Assembly (NCBI GenBank): GCA_024704765.1
Contig: JAKMXF010000306.1
Span: 62,001-126,000, forward strand
Reading direction: 5' to 3'
DNA: 64,000 nucleotides
Origin: Oopsacas minuta
Taxonomy: Eukaryota; Animalia; Porifera
Of this stretch, positions 26,996 through 40,440 are shown piece after piece (within the stretch, counting starts at the first letter, position 1; the number at the start of each line of letters is the position of its first letter). The translations under genes were made by a program, and so were the position numbers. The notes under the pieces are model-generated. The model saw nothing but the letters and a program-made list of their open reading frames with translations. It did not search any database and was not told the origin of the DNA.

Positions 26996-27731
26996 CAGTG
27001 GTTCCCAACCGGTGTTCCGGGGAACCGTAGGGTTCTCCAGGCAATACTTAGTGGTTTCGGAGGGTTCTTTAGTTTATCGATGCATGTGCATTATTTATAT
27101 CATTTTTGAAATTGTTATCAACATATTGCTAGTATATGTATTCCCATTTATTTTTTTCATATTTCTTAATTTGTAAAAATCATAGTTAATTGTAAAATGT
27201 AAATAGTTACTTGTAGATAATGGATATATATCATTCAGATTAACTTAATTATAAACTTAACTGTTAGCTCCAACATCACATCATATAGTCAAATGTAACC
27301 TAGTTGCATTTTTGATCAGATGTATCTCTCGATTAATTTTGGATCACCATTGGAAACGTAAATCATAACATAGTAAAAACGCTCTAAAATTCATGCTACC
27401 ATTTTCGCAAAATATTTTTGTGATCTAAGATTCTCTGCTATGAAAACAATAAATAAGTAAAAAAGAGGACAACTTTTTTCTATTGGGGATAGATACGAGG
27501 TGTGTTCATCGACAATCAGGCCTAGGATAAAATAGATGCAAATATTACCAAGCCGAAGTTCAAAATGGAAAATTATTTGAATGTATAAAGTAATTGCATT
27601 TAAGACATAATTTGTTAAAATGGTGTCTTTGTGGAAAATGTATGAGTGAAAGAAGTTAGAGAGGGTAAGGTGCCGAAGGTTGCGCAACAAGTTTAGGGGT
27701 TCTGGGATTGAAAAAAGGTTGAAAACCGCTG
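26996..27731. mobile_element. hAT (Charlie-like) non-autonomous element
   Basis: CAGTGGTTCCCAACC ... GGTTGAAAACCGCTG termini; TSD only 5/8 preserved. Confidence 0.6.
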
Positions 27732-28596
27732 GTATAAGTAATACAAATGTCCATGCAAACTTTAGAAAGTTGTGTTTTCTATAATCAGAAATAAACAAAT
27801 CATCAAATATTGGAAAGCTAATACAAAAGAAACTGTACTATAGTATAGCTGAGCTATATATAAGTTATTTGTTTGGGTTAAATGTTGAAAACTTACAATG
27901 ATGTTATTAGTCTGTGGATCTAGGAAAGTATGGTAAGTTACGATGTTAACATAATGAAGCTTGAGAATATTTCACTCATTGCATAATTTCTCATGTACAT
28001 TGAAAACGGCAATGAATAATATGGTTCTTCCCATGGATCTCTTGTACTTTGTTTGAAAAAACCTCAAATTAAGTACAATATTACCCGAAGTGATTCTATC
28101 AAATATAGCCGACTAACCATAAATATAAATATTTAGGCAATTGAATTATTTATCATTTCTTGGGTTGTCGGAGATAAATATTACACAATAATAAAAATAA
28201 TTATAATATTAATAATAGCAGTCATGGAGAAGCTCTAAATTAGAGTGTTCTATCATCAGAATATTCGGGGCGTAATTCCGGAAATTCGAGCGAAAATTAG
28301 TCTAATACATATACTTAATATCCTGCAGTTGATATTGGATACGTGAATGTTGTTTAGAGTTACAATTTGGTTAAAAATAGTGTAACCCTACATTGTCACT
28401 ACATGTATATCCAATATCGACTGTAGTGGCATAAATACATGCTGGCTAAAAATCTACATTTTAGTGTTTTCTTTATATTCATAAAAACAACAATAATTTT
28501 CAATATGAGAAGTTGAAAATGTGAGATTCGGATTTAGCATACTTAGTTACCACCAGAAAGCCATTTAGAGCATGCTTATATCTATATTTTGAAATA

Positions 28597-31294
28597 TCCA
28601 ACTGGCGTTCAAAAGATTCCCGACCCTGCGCCATAATTTTGTAACTATACAGAATATACAGTAGGTCCCACAATTATTGGCATTGATTTTAACTATCGAT
28701 TCTTCTACCCTGTAAAATATTTATTATTTTGAACTTTATTATATCAATATACTGATGAATAAGAAAGATGTATATGTGATCCCACAACGAATAAATTATT
28801 ATCTAATTTTTCCACCCTTATTTTTCAAACAGAGTTTAATTCTTTTCTCCATTGAAAGGCAGAACGGCCTAATAAATTCAGGATCGAATGATTGCCATAT
28901 CTCAATAATTCCCTTCTTCAACTGTTCTACAGTTTTTGGTGCTCGCACCATCAGTCTTCTTTTGAGTACACCCCATAGATTTTCAATAGGAGCTAGATCA
29001 GGACTGTTGGGGGGCCAATCAATCCTGTGGGGTACAAATTGGGACTTCCATGCTTTTGCCACCTTTCCTGTGTGCACTGGGCTATTGTCCTCTTGCAAAA
29101 TCCAAACATTACCATAGAGAGCGTTAGCCTGCTCTATCAAGTATTCGTTGAGAGTAGAAATATAACGCAATTGATTAATGTTCTCTGTAAAAATACACAA
29201 TGGCGTAGCCCCCATCAGAGAAATGCCACCCCAAAGATGAACTTTGGAAGGATATCGATATGAAGGCAATTGAACTGGTTGACCTTTCTTTGTCCACACT
29301 TTAACTTTTCCCGAATCGAGCCAGATTGAACATTCGTCCGTAAAAAATGTTTTTGACCAATCAAACCTTTTCATATCCTTACACCAATTGACGCGCTTTT
29401 GGACCTGAAGGTCAGTTAGTGCTGGAATTCGAATCACGGGATTTTACGAAATTTTCTCTTTTAAGGTGACGATATATAGTACTTTTGCCGACATTCGATT
29501 GCAATCTGGTAGTCAACTGTCGTACAGACATCCTTGCATTCGATTTTAATAGAATGGATATCCTTCTCTTGTCGTTTGGTGGAATTTTCGTTGGTGGACC
29601 AGCTCCCTTTTTGTGAAAAAGACATTTGTCTTTTTTTATCAGCGCAATAACTTGAAACACAGTTCTGACGGGATCACCAATATGCGAGGATATATCTTTA
29701 GCGTTGGTAATTCCCGCATTGTAAAGGGTTTGAATTTCCATTCGACGTTGTTGTTGGGTTTTCAGACCAGCCATGAATAATATCACAATAATAGAATGCT
29801 AGCAAAAATACAACATAATTTGTGAAAACAATTGTGAAATCTCTAATGGGTAGTGTTGAAATCAAGGGAGTCTAAAACAAAATCAATAATATATTGTATG
29901 TTTCTAATATATTCTGCTGTACATTTCGAACTGGATTACTAAAATATCAAAGAATGGTTGGATAATATTAATTGATAACAAATCGAGATTACTGCCAATA
30001 ATTATGGGACGAACTGTACATGTACGTATAGTTGTTATATTTCTCGAAATAATCATCTTTAAATTCTATGACTCGTCGCGTAGACTATCTTGCCATATAA
30101 AAAGTACATTTTATAGTCTCCGGGCGGTACGTTTTTAGAGATCTCCAAATTGCTTTCCCTAGGTCGATCTGGTGTCAAAATTCCTGGCTGCGAAGTCCTT
30201 TTTCAACTTTACAAAGGGCCAGAAATCACAAGGAGCGAGGTCAGGTGAGTAGAGTGGGTGATCTAGCTTAACAACACTCATTCTATCCAACTCTGACTTT
30301 AGGGCATTAGTTTTATGTGGTCGTACATTATCGTGCAATAATCACATACCCCGCGGTCTAAACATTGGCTTCCTCTCCTAGTAATGTTTTTACTTCTCAG
30401 GGCAACTGTTGGCAAAAGGTCCCCGGTAATTATCTTCCCTTTTAGTATCATTATCTCGGCAACTGGGCCATGTGTATCAAAGAAAATTGAGTACAGGACC
30501 TTCTTATCTCTGAAGTCCTGTCTAGGATTGAGAGGAAGCGCCTCACCTTTTTACGACCCATACCTTATTTCTTTATTTGGATAGTGGCTCATCGTATCTT
30601 CTCCAAGTCTAGTCACCAGTAATGATTTCTGCCAGCCTTCTTGGATCGAGTCTTTATACTCGGAGAGCATTTTTCTTGTACAAGTTACCCGCCGGTCCTT
30701 TTGGTCCTTTGTAAGGGAATGCAGGATCCACCTCGAACAAATTTGGTAACTCTCAGCTCATCGATAAGTATGGAATGAACAGCTCGCGTTGAGATCCTTA
30801 CACTCATAGCTAACTCCTCAACAGAGATATGAGGATCTTCTTTCACTCTTCAGCTAATTTCAGATTTGTTATTGCTAGTGACTGCGGATCTGGGATGTCC
30901 GAATCGTTCCTCATCTTCCGTGACTCTCGTCCTTCACGAAACCGCATGGCTCACTCCTTCACAGTAGTATATGAAAGGCTAGCATCTCCATCAACTACTT
31001 TCAAGTCAATGAGAATATCCTTCGGATCACTACCAAGAAGGTGCGAATTTTGATATAGTATCTTTGTCAAATTTCAAATTTGAAGCCATAAATACTGAAA
31101 AATAGAAGGATAGTCAAACCTGAGAAATTTGAAATAATCGTAACTAGAAAACTATTAACCATATAGTAAAAGTTGATGTACGTAGTTCTGAATAGATAAT
31201 AGAATAATGTTCAGTATGAATATAAATACGTAATATAATATCTTATAAATGAAAATTCTACAAACAAGGTCAGGAACTTTTTGAACCCCCGTTG
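28597..31294 (-). mobile_element. mariner transposon (transposase ~30100-31090) with a Tc1 nested near its 3' end
   Basis: Right TIR AGGTCAGGAACTTTTTGAACCCCCGTTG|TA; decayed left TIR CCAACTGGCGTTCAAAAGATTCCCGACC; CSRWILHSL and HPLYSPDLAPCDFW motifs on the minus strand. Confidence 0.7.
28659..30016 (-). mobile_element. Tc1 (DD34E) transposon, near intact (one frameshift at ~29430)
   Basis: 24-bp TIRs CAGTAGGTCCCACAATTATTGGCA / TGCCAATAATTATGGGACGAACTG, TA TSD; ORFs 29412-29786 and 28799-29437 with FTDEC, QEDN-34aa-E (APIENLWG). Confidence 0.92.
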
Positions 31295-32350
31295 TAATAA
31301 ACTCCTAACTTTCTTATTGCTATTGTCCGCTACGTGACTGGAGGGTGCGTGAGATTATAATATAGCTGAAATGTTAATATTTAATTATTCGTGGTCCATC
31401 CAAGTTACATTCAATGGCCTTCTGTGGCACACTTGAGATGCTTTGTCACTTTTGATAGTAATCCTGGATATATTTTTATAGAAAATATCAAAATATTGTT
31501 GTTGTATTGTTCTTGAGTTACGGCTGAGACCATGGATTGGGCTTGCTGTCAATATTCACTTATAACTCGTCAATCGATACCAATTATTATGGCCCATTAT
31601 AGATTATACCCAACTTCACTTACCGTTATAATACATTTTGATATTATATCTCGTACCATTATGACGTAATCCTGAATTTGCCCATATATGGTAATTTTCA
31701 AGATTGCAATAATCTTTTCGGAGATATCATATAAAATTGTACTATCATAACATGGGAAGTTAAGAATGTTCTATAAATTTGCGTTCTTGATTTGACCATT
31801 ATTGTGACGATTGTCGAATTATAAGTGAATCTTGACAAAGAAGTGCAACTCATTTTGGGTGACCGTCATATATTTGATGGCACAATGTAAATTGCAATAT
31901 TACCAAGATATTTGATCCTTTAGTAATGTCTAAAAATAACAACTTTGGCTCACGGTGCAGGGTAGTGGTTTGGATGGGATCAGTACTTTTGCTCATTCAA
32001 CAAGAGTGTCCAAATTTCTACAAATGCTACAAATTACGCCATACCTTCTGCTATCTCATTTCGTATGTTTCACGAAGGTAAAAATATCTATATATATTTT
32101 TGAGTTTCCGCATTATATAAGTTCCCTAAAGGCTATAACACTCCCTTCCACTAAAAATTCACGCGAAAAATATTTTGGCACTTCAAGATGCATTGTATTA
32201 CTTGGAAACTCTATAATTGATTATACCTATTAAACCCGATTACGATATCGCAACAACTACCTTTAAATACCCAATCTTAATTTCCGATTGTTCAAAATTT
32301 TGAAATTCTGTATTTCACAGGCACTTCTTTTCAGATGTTTATTCTTCTAG

Positions 32351-35300
32351 ATTGAATTATGTGCATCGAGATATTAAGCCTGATAATATCCTAATTGATA
32401 AGACTGGACACATAAAATTGGCTGATTTTGGATCATGTCTTAAACTTGACGAAAATGGTGAAGCTCATAGTAACATTGCTGTTGGAACTCCTGACTACAT
32501 TAGTCCAGAGATTTTAAGAGCGATGGAGGATGGCAAAGGGACATATGGAAAAGAATGTGATTGGTGGAGTTTAGGTATTTGTTTATTTGAAATGCTGTTT
32601 GGTGAGGTCCCGTTTTATGCAGAAAGTTTGGTAGACACATATAGCAAAATCGTTGATCATAATTACACATATCCAGTAAATGTAGATGAGAATGAAGTTT
32701 CATCCGATGCACGAGATCTGATTTCACATTTAATTTGTCCAGCGAATACCAGACTTGGAAAATCTAATTGTTCTGAAATACAACAACATACATTTTTTGA
32801 CAATATAGACTGGACTAAGTTAAATTCATCAAAACCTCCATATATACCTGAATTTATTGATGATAGCGACACATCGAATTTCGAAGAAATTTCCGAACCT
32901 GTAATCCCGAAGATTATTTCTCCGCCCGCAAATTTTAAGCATGTTCCTGGCCAACTCCCATTTGTTGGATACAGTTATATGAGAATGAGCAGCAATGCAA
33001 TTATTTCAGATATTCCACTTGACCCTAATAGTAAGAGAAAACGTATGTCATCCCCAGGAATAGACCCAGAAATACAGTCTAATTTCGACGATCGTGATGT
33101 CTCTCCTGAAATTATTAGAGATAATCTTCTGAAAACTGCTAAATCGGGGACTATCTGTTCGAATTTTGATTCAGGTTTGGCTAACAATTTAGCTTTTTCA
33201 GATGCTGATGTTAATGGTTTTTCCCCTGACCACGTGAAAGACAAGCAAATTTCAAATCTTCAGTGTCAATCACTATCTCATAATTCTCAAGGATTAATAA
33301 AAACAGACTCTTGTCCAAAAGTTTGTTATAACCACAATCAAGGTGATGTCTCTTTTGAAAATGATTTATTGGTTGATCCCCCATCCTCAGATGAACTTCG
33401 GAACTTATATATTTCAGATGCTAATATGCAAAATACAGTATTATCAAATGAATATAACTCATTATGTTCTAAATATCATGGAGTTAAAAGCTTATATATT
33501 TCTCTGAAAGAGGTTTATCAGGAGACTCAAAATAAAGTTGCTAAATACAATAATTTCTATGGATGTGATGATAGTGAAATAGGTAGTGATAATTTTAATA
33601 AACCTGTACTATTTGAAAATGTTGATAATCCTAGTGATTCCTGCAGTAGAATACCTTCAAGAACTCAAAAAGATATTTCTTCGAAAGAAATCAATCTTCA
33701 CAACAACACATTGTATAATATTTCCAAAAAGATTCAAGTAGAACAAGATGCCCGTAAATATCTCCGTCACTTTGCCGATGATTTATCTTCTGAAATAGAA
33801 AAAATAAAAAATATTAATTTATCAAACTCTATTAAACACGAAGCGTGGCATGAGAGGAGATCCGTTAAAAATGATAGCCAACGCCTGCATGAACTTCAAT
33901 TAGCGCTTGATTCAGAAATTAATGCGAAACAACAAATTTCTGATGAATTAGCTCGAACAAAGGAACAACAAGCTTTAAATGAAACACAAATTCATTCTCT
34001 TACTAAGCAAGCTCAAGAATTATATAACTTAATACAAAAAAAGCAGAATCAGTTGCACAAACGAGATCTTGAAATACAAGAATTAAGAAAGAACCTTGTG
34101 GGTATTTCATCACCCTCAGATCAAAATTCGTATTCTAGTGATTCGTTGGTTGCTTACTTAGCTGCAAATGCTGGAGAGAATTTTTCTAATAAAAACAAGC
34201 GAATATTTAGTGATAAGTCCGATATATTTTGTGATAAGTTCGAAAGTCTATCCTCATCAAGTACAATCTCTGGCTCTCCACCAAATTCTCCATCTCGGAT
34301 CACAAAATCAGGACCTCAACCAACTCGAAATATACCTCCAACACAGCACCACTTTTCAATAACTACTCTGTATGAACCAATTATCTGTGATCACTGTTGT
34401 TCATTCATGTTGGGACTGATTAGACAATGTGTACGTTGTGAAACTTGTAATTACCAGTGCCATCTACATTGTGCTGATTTGAAAGATACTAGTGCTTGTC
34501 CAAGTAGTCAAAAAGCAAGGAAATTAGTATTTAATGCTGCCACTGGAATTGGTACAATCTATCAAGGATTGGTCAAGGTCCCTAAGCCGAATGGTGTCAG
34601 AAAGGGTTGGTTAAAACAGTTGATGATTATTTGTGACTACAAAATACTTTTTTATGATATATCTATTGATAAATCTCATACTTATAGACTTGTACAATTC
34701 ATTGATATTTGTGACGAGGACTTTTATATAAGTAAGGTTGTAGATTCTGAAGTCATACATGCTCATCCCAAATTAGTACCTCAGATTTTCAAGCTTTCTT
34801 CTTGTCTCCGCGGATGTAAGGATATTAATCCATCCATACTAGTACTTATGCAGAATGAAAGTATTCGAGATACTATCTTAACTATATTATCTGAACTTAG
34901 GTTGTTCGTAAAGCAAAATAAACTTACTAAATCGCCTCTTTATAGACCACGGGAATTATATGATTCTACTCAACTTGATCTCTTACGATATATAAACAGC
35001 GCTTGTTTGATTGATACTGAAAGACTGTTAATAGGATGTGAGGATGGCCTATATCTACTAGATATCTTTAATCATTTCTGTAACCGAATCTCTGATAAAA
35101 AGGTATATCAGTTGGAATTTGTGGAATCAGAAGGTTTGGTGATTTATTCTGCCGGCAGACAGAAGGTTTTGCAAATGATACCCATCCTTTCCCTTGAATC
35201 TACTGATTATTCTCCTGTCAAAATCATTGATACCAAAGGATCCAATATATTTGCCACAGGATTTGTACAACAGTCAACTTTCATTGCAGTAGCCATTAGA

Positions 35301-36392
35301 AAACGTTTGATATTATTCGAAGTCACAAAGCCAAGTATCTCAAAATATACAAAGATAAAGGAAATCACCATGCAGAGTACGATAATGTCACTTAATATAT
35401 TTGGTTCGAGAATATGTTTAGGAATTAATTCCGGTTTTATCATTGTTTTCATCCAAGGCGACGCATCACCACTTTATTTGGTAAACAACGAAGATTCTAC
35501 TCTTGCTTTTTTATCCATAAGCCCATTTGAACCTTTGTGTTCTATCGAGTTGAATTTAGGAAAGGAGTATTTACTTTGTTTTGATTTACTTGCCATATAT
35601 GTCGATCATTTTGGGAGACGAACCCGACAGTATGAAATTAAATGGCTTGCTTCTCCATCGTCGATTGTCTACCATCCTCCGTTTTTGTTAGCTTATTGTG
35701 AAACATCAATTGATGTATATGATCCAAATTCAGGGGCTTGGCTTCAGACTATTCCCTTAAAACGGACCGAATCAATTTCTAAGGAGGGAACCATATTGGT
35801 CTCATACCAATCCGATCCACCTAAATTAGTATATTTACAGAATTGTTCTCAAACCTCCAACCCAACATTGCAATTAAAATTTACTGATGTTCCTACACTA
35901 CACCATAAAAACAATTTCCAAAAATCGAGAGGGTCAAAGGGAGCTTTAGACGTTTGGAGAAGTAAATCTGACAAACGCCACATCGAAATTAGTCCTCCTA
36001 CCGATTTTAGTCATGTTCAGCATGTTGGATCAAAAGACTTCTTTGTTTTACATCCTCTCCCTGCAGATGCTGATGACCCTCCGAATGCCTCCATTTTTGT
36101 TGATAATAATCCCTTGAATTCAATCAGCGACTTAAATACTTCTTCGGATAATACAAGCGTATTCCAAGTATATTCAAACCAATGGGATTCTTCCATTGCT
36201 CCATATAACCAACAATTTTCATCAAAATCCAACCTACAACCACCCACCCTGGCTCCTTGTGAAAACGTATCCACGATTCCCAATAAGTTTGGAATAACCA
36301 ATACGAGTGCAACAATTCAGGATGAATTACCAATTATGAATGATGAAGGACTCAAACATCAATTATTAACTAAAAATAAACATATTTTGTGA
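32351..36392 (+). CDS. CDC42BP: MRCK kinase, terminal coding exon (4042 bp): rest of kinase, AGC tail, DMPK coil, C1, PH, CNH, CRIB
   Basis: TTCTAG|A acceptor completes the AAA (Lys) codon. Motifs: YVHRDIKPDN, DFG, GTPDYISPE, DWWSLG, EQDARKYL and LDSEINAKQQI (DMPK coil), C1 HHF...CDHC...CETC...HLHC...CP, PH GWLKQ, CNH, CRIB ISPPTDFSHVQHVG. Spliced CDS 366+278+4042=4686 nt, 1561 aa. Confidence 0.95.
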
Positions 36393-36487
36393 TTGCACTT
36401 ATTTCATTTACTTCTTTTGTCTTATATATTGTTAATTTATTCGACTTCATTTGTGGATATTTTGTTTACCATTTAATTTATGTGTAC

Positions 36488-36507
36488 TATATATATATAT
36501 ATATATA
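36488..36507. repeat. (TA)10 microsatellite downstream of the MRCK stop codon
   Basis: Read directly from the sequence. Confidence 0.9.
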
Positions 36508-37765
36508 TTTATCTTAATTATGGTTGACTAATTTAATTACCCCATAGCCTTTGTATGCAAACTATTTTTACAAAATGGCACTCGTGCCCAACAAGAGTTT
36601 ATTGTCTTTGTACTTATATTGCGTGCATCTTATGGTCTAGTACCATTACTATGGGCATTCGAAAGTTTCCGACCCAACCCCATTCTTTTCGAACTACATT
36701 TCACGCTTACACTTGCCAATCATAGCCTGGCTAACCCAAACAGGGCTTAATGATGATATAATCTATTGAAGTATTCAAAAAGAACTAATTATATCAAATA
36801 TTGCTCTAAGGGGTACTCCGAAAGTTTCTAAATATATCAATGTTGTAGTAAGCTCGAAATTATTGGATGAGTTTGCTCTTAATTGTCAACTCATACAAAT
36901 CCAATTCATACTTATGTATGTGTCATTTATCATTTTTTTTCTCATCTATATGTTATCGTTTTTGATTATGATACCATTTGTTGTTGCGCCTAATCTTTCT
37001 GCAAACGTATAAAGCTCGATGCCATTTTTTTGTAGAATGGATTTTAATAATTCACACTTGTATATCGTTTATTCTCAATTAATTTGTATTACAAGAATTA
37101 TCTAACACTTGCTGTGTGATAGCTACCAAAATTCGGATGGAATCTTCTAGAAAATCTGAAGTAGGAAGTAAGGTATATCTAATATGGATTCACATCCACT
37201 AGCGTGTTTCGCTTGCTAGGGCGCTCCGCGACTGGATATACTCAGCACGACTGCCTCGAGGTAAATTTTTGCAGAATTATTACTTTTATTCATGGTTCAT
37301 CCAAATTCCATTTAATTGCCTATTGTGATGATCTGTCGCTCTTACTTGGCTTTTGTTAGTAAAATCGGCACTTTGTACCTCATGTATTAAGAAATTCTTA
37401 AACTTTCGAGGTTTGGGGAATTATTAACCATTGTATAGTAATAATTTCATCATGGGCTCACAATTTATTCTAAATGGTGAAGGATATTTGGCATTTTGAT
37501 CAATTTTCAACCATCTATCGCTTATATTGGCTGATCAATGGCAAATAATATGTTTTTGCGAAAATACAAATAGGTAACAATGATGTCAGATGTGTGAATT
37601 TCGTCCAAGACTCAAAATTCCTCAGCCAGCCCCAAAATATCACTGTATTCCATAAGTGAGCACTTGGGGTCTTTCAGTTTCTTCAATACATTCCGAATAT
37701 ACAAACATATGTTTGTATCTATACTATTAATTCACAATTATTCTTTATTTATGTTTGTGCATATA

Positions 37766-39073
37766 CAGGGTGTCTAATAAGTTCTGTCCTCAATGTTTTT
37801 GCCTGCCATATTTTCTATATTAAACCAATTTGGTTGATATTTTACAAACTGATAGAATATTTAGTAATAAATTGTTTAGTAAAGTGTTCACTCAATATAT
37901 CCTCCTTTTGAGAAATTACAGCCTGTAGCCGCGTCCTAAGTTTCCCTACTGCATTTCGCAGCTCATCTTGTGGTATTTTCTGCCATTCACGCTGAAGGGA
38001 GAGCTTCAGAGAGTCCAAACTCTTGTGAAGTTTAACACAGGCCCTTGCCTCCAGATTAGCCCAGACGTTATAATCGAGCGGATTCAAATCTGGACTAGAT
38101 GGAGGCCATTCGTCTTTGCTAATAAACTCGATTTTTCTTGCCCTTAACTAGTCTTGAGTGATTTTGGATGCATGTGCAGGTGCAGAATCCTGTTGAAATA
38201 TCCAAGCGTTATTTCTAATTGGATTTTGCCCAGCTACACTGATTTCCTGTTCCAGAATCAATTCTTGGTATGTCGCAGAGTTGATTTTGACCCGTTGGGG
38301 GACAAAAATCAGATTTGTCCGTGCATTTGCGGACACACCACCCCAGACCATCACAGACATTGGCTTCTGCACTCTATCTATGTATTTCAGGTTTCTGGGA
38401 TTGCTGTGGAACTGACAGCAAGAATCCGATCATTTTGTCTGTTCCAAGCCTCTTCAATCGTGAAAATTTTCTCATCTGAGAAGAGTATCTGGTCTTGGCC
38501 CCAGGAGCGAACCGCTGAAGAAGTGCTTTCGATCTAGCCAGCTTCTTAGTCCGAATACTTGGGTTATGGTGGTGTACCTTCTTTCTTTTAAAAGACTTAA
38601 GCCCCAGATCCTCAACTACCAGCTTTCGCATCGTTTCATGATTAACCGATAACTCACGAGCCATTTTCCTGATGGATCTCCGGGGATTCCGAGAAATTCG
38701 GCAGCGGACTTTGTTTTTCAAGGCTGGTGTCCTTACAGACCTTGGACGACCGGATCTAGGTTTGTCATTCAAGCTTCCAGTATCTTTATATCGTTTTATG
38801 GTACGATATATTAGCTTAGGTGAAACCTTTCCATTTTTTAGCTTTTGAAAAATTTCCTTTTTTGAGCTACCTATCTCGGAATGTGCGATAATTTTGGATC
38901 TAATTTTTTCAGCCATTATTTTCACAAGTGTAAATAATATTATGTAGAAGCCTATTTTATCGTTAGAAAGAGCGGAAAAAGTGTTACAGATTATTCATCT
39001 AAAACTGCTTATGTGTTCATACGTAACTATGCAATGAGATGTGATTTATGAGGACAACTTATTAAAACCCCTG
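37766..39073 (-). mobile_element. maT-type (DD37D) Tc1/mariner transposon, decayed
   Basis: TIRs CAGGGTGTCTAATAAGTT / AACTTATTAAAACCCCTG, TA TSD; RSGRP, FSDEKIF, QQDSAPAH-37aa-D (SPDLNPLDY); frameshift and stops. Confidence 0.88.
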
Positions 39074-39529
39074 TATATATATGTATGTGTATGCCCAGAA
39101 TTGATCCGAAAAAACTGGAGGACTTTTGTGCTAGCTCGGACAATTTCTAGTCTTGGACGAATTTTCACACCTATGACGAAATTAAGATGTCATTGTCACC
39201 TTTCACGTCATTATTACTAGCCCAAAGCGACATAATATCTCCAGGGCCACCACTGAAAGCCATTGAATGTAATTTGGATGGGCAATGGGTAATTAAATCT
39301 TAAAACTTGAAGTATTTGGTGAATTCGAGTCACGCATTGGTGAATTTATTCTGTCGCGTGGTGATCACTAACACTAGAATATTTAGCATTTAAATACATC
39401 ACCTAACCTGGAGCGCTAAGCTGTCGCGACGTGACCTAGTAAGCGAAGCGGGCTCTTATATATATATATTTACATGCTCATGCACACATATTTATAGACA
39501 TTCATTACGTTTTAATAGTAGAGATATTT

Positions 39530-40440
39530 AAAGAGGGATGTCAACTACCACACTGTGTATTGTGCTACAAAGTGCTTTCTAAGAGATCGATGAAGAAAGG
39601 TTTCTTAAGCGGCATCTCAGTGGGTGTCACCGTGATCTTGCTAATAAGGATGTTGATTTCTTTAAGTACTAAGAAGCAGGAGTAATGCGAATTCTTTTTT
39701 TATCATGAAGCCGTTGCTGATAGCTAAAGAAATAACCTATAAACAATTGGTGAAAACTTTGTATTACCCTATGCAAGCATATCTTTCACTGCATTCTCGG
39801 AGGTAGTGTAGAAAGAAGCTTGGCTCTATGCATCTCTTAACCGATACAATTTATCGAAGAACACAGATATTGCAGACGATGTTGGGCAGCAGGTAGTTAC
39901 GGAGATTCGGGGAAGCTTCATTGAACAGTTTTCAATCCAACTTGATGAGTCAACGACTGTTTCTAGTTGTACACAGCTACATGTATTTGAATTACATCAA
40001 AGACGGTGATTTCCTGTAAAGAGTTCCTATTTTACCGCTCTTTAGAAACAACTACAAAAGGAAAGGATTTCTTGAGCAGGTCACTGATTTCTTTTCCAAA
40101 ATTGGACTGTCCTGAAATACAGCTTGGCACTTCAGATGGTTCACCTGCCATGACCGTAATTCGTTTAGGATTTCAAGCTGGAGTATAAATAGTGAATACT
40201 TTAAAACACAATCACTGCATGATTCACCGGTATGCTCTTGCCTTTAACACACTTCCTCAGGACTTGAAACTATTTCTTCACGATGTTATTAATATTGTTT
40301 ATTTTATCAAGTCCAGTTGCCTATTTACGCTGCTGTTCCGCTTATCGTGTCAAGAATCAGATATTGACCACGAGACATTGCTATTTATACAGAACAGACG
40401 TACAGGGATTTCGTAGATTTGTACATGAATTTTAGTTGAG
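39530..40440 (+). pseudogene. Second copy of the Buster-type hAT transposase (paralogue of 8260-13177), truncated
   Basis: Collinear nucleotide similarity to 8325-8956 plus 12265-12560 (KEFLFYRSLETTTKGKDF, HNHCMIHRYALAF), uninterrupted at the RAG1L insertion site. Confidence 0.85.

Larger units (their letters stand above)
23341..32350 (+). other. MRCK intron 2 (9,010 bp, GT-AG), TE-filled
   Basis: Joined reading frame SVHK|LNYVHRD is continuous. Confidence 0.9.

Noticed and set aside
32500-36333. Antisense ORFs overlapping MRCK exon 3
   Set aside because: Short (69-94 aa) shadow frames of the real CDS with no recognisable motifs.
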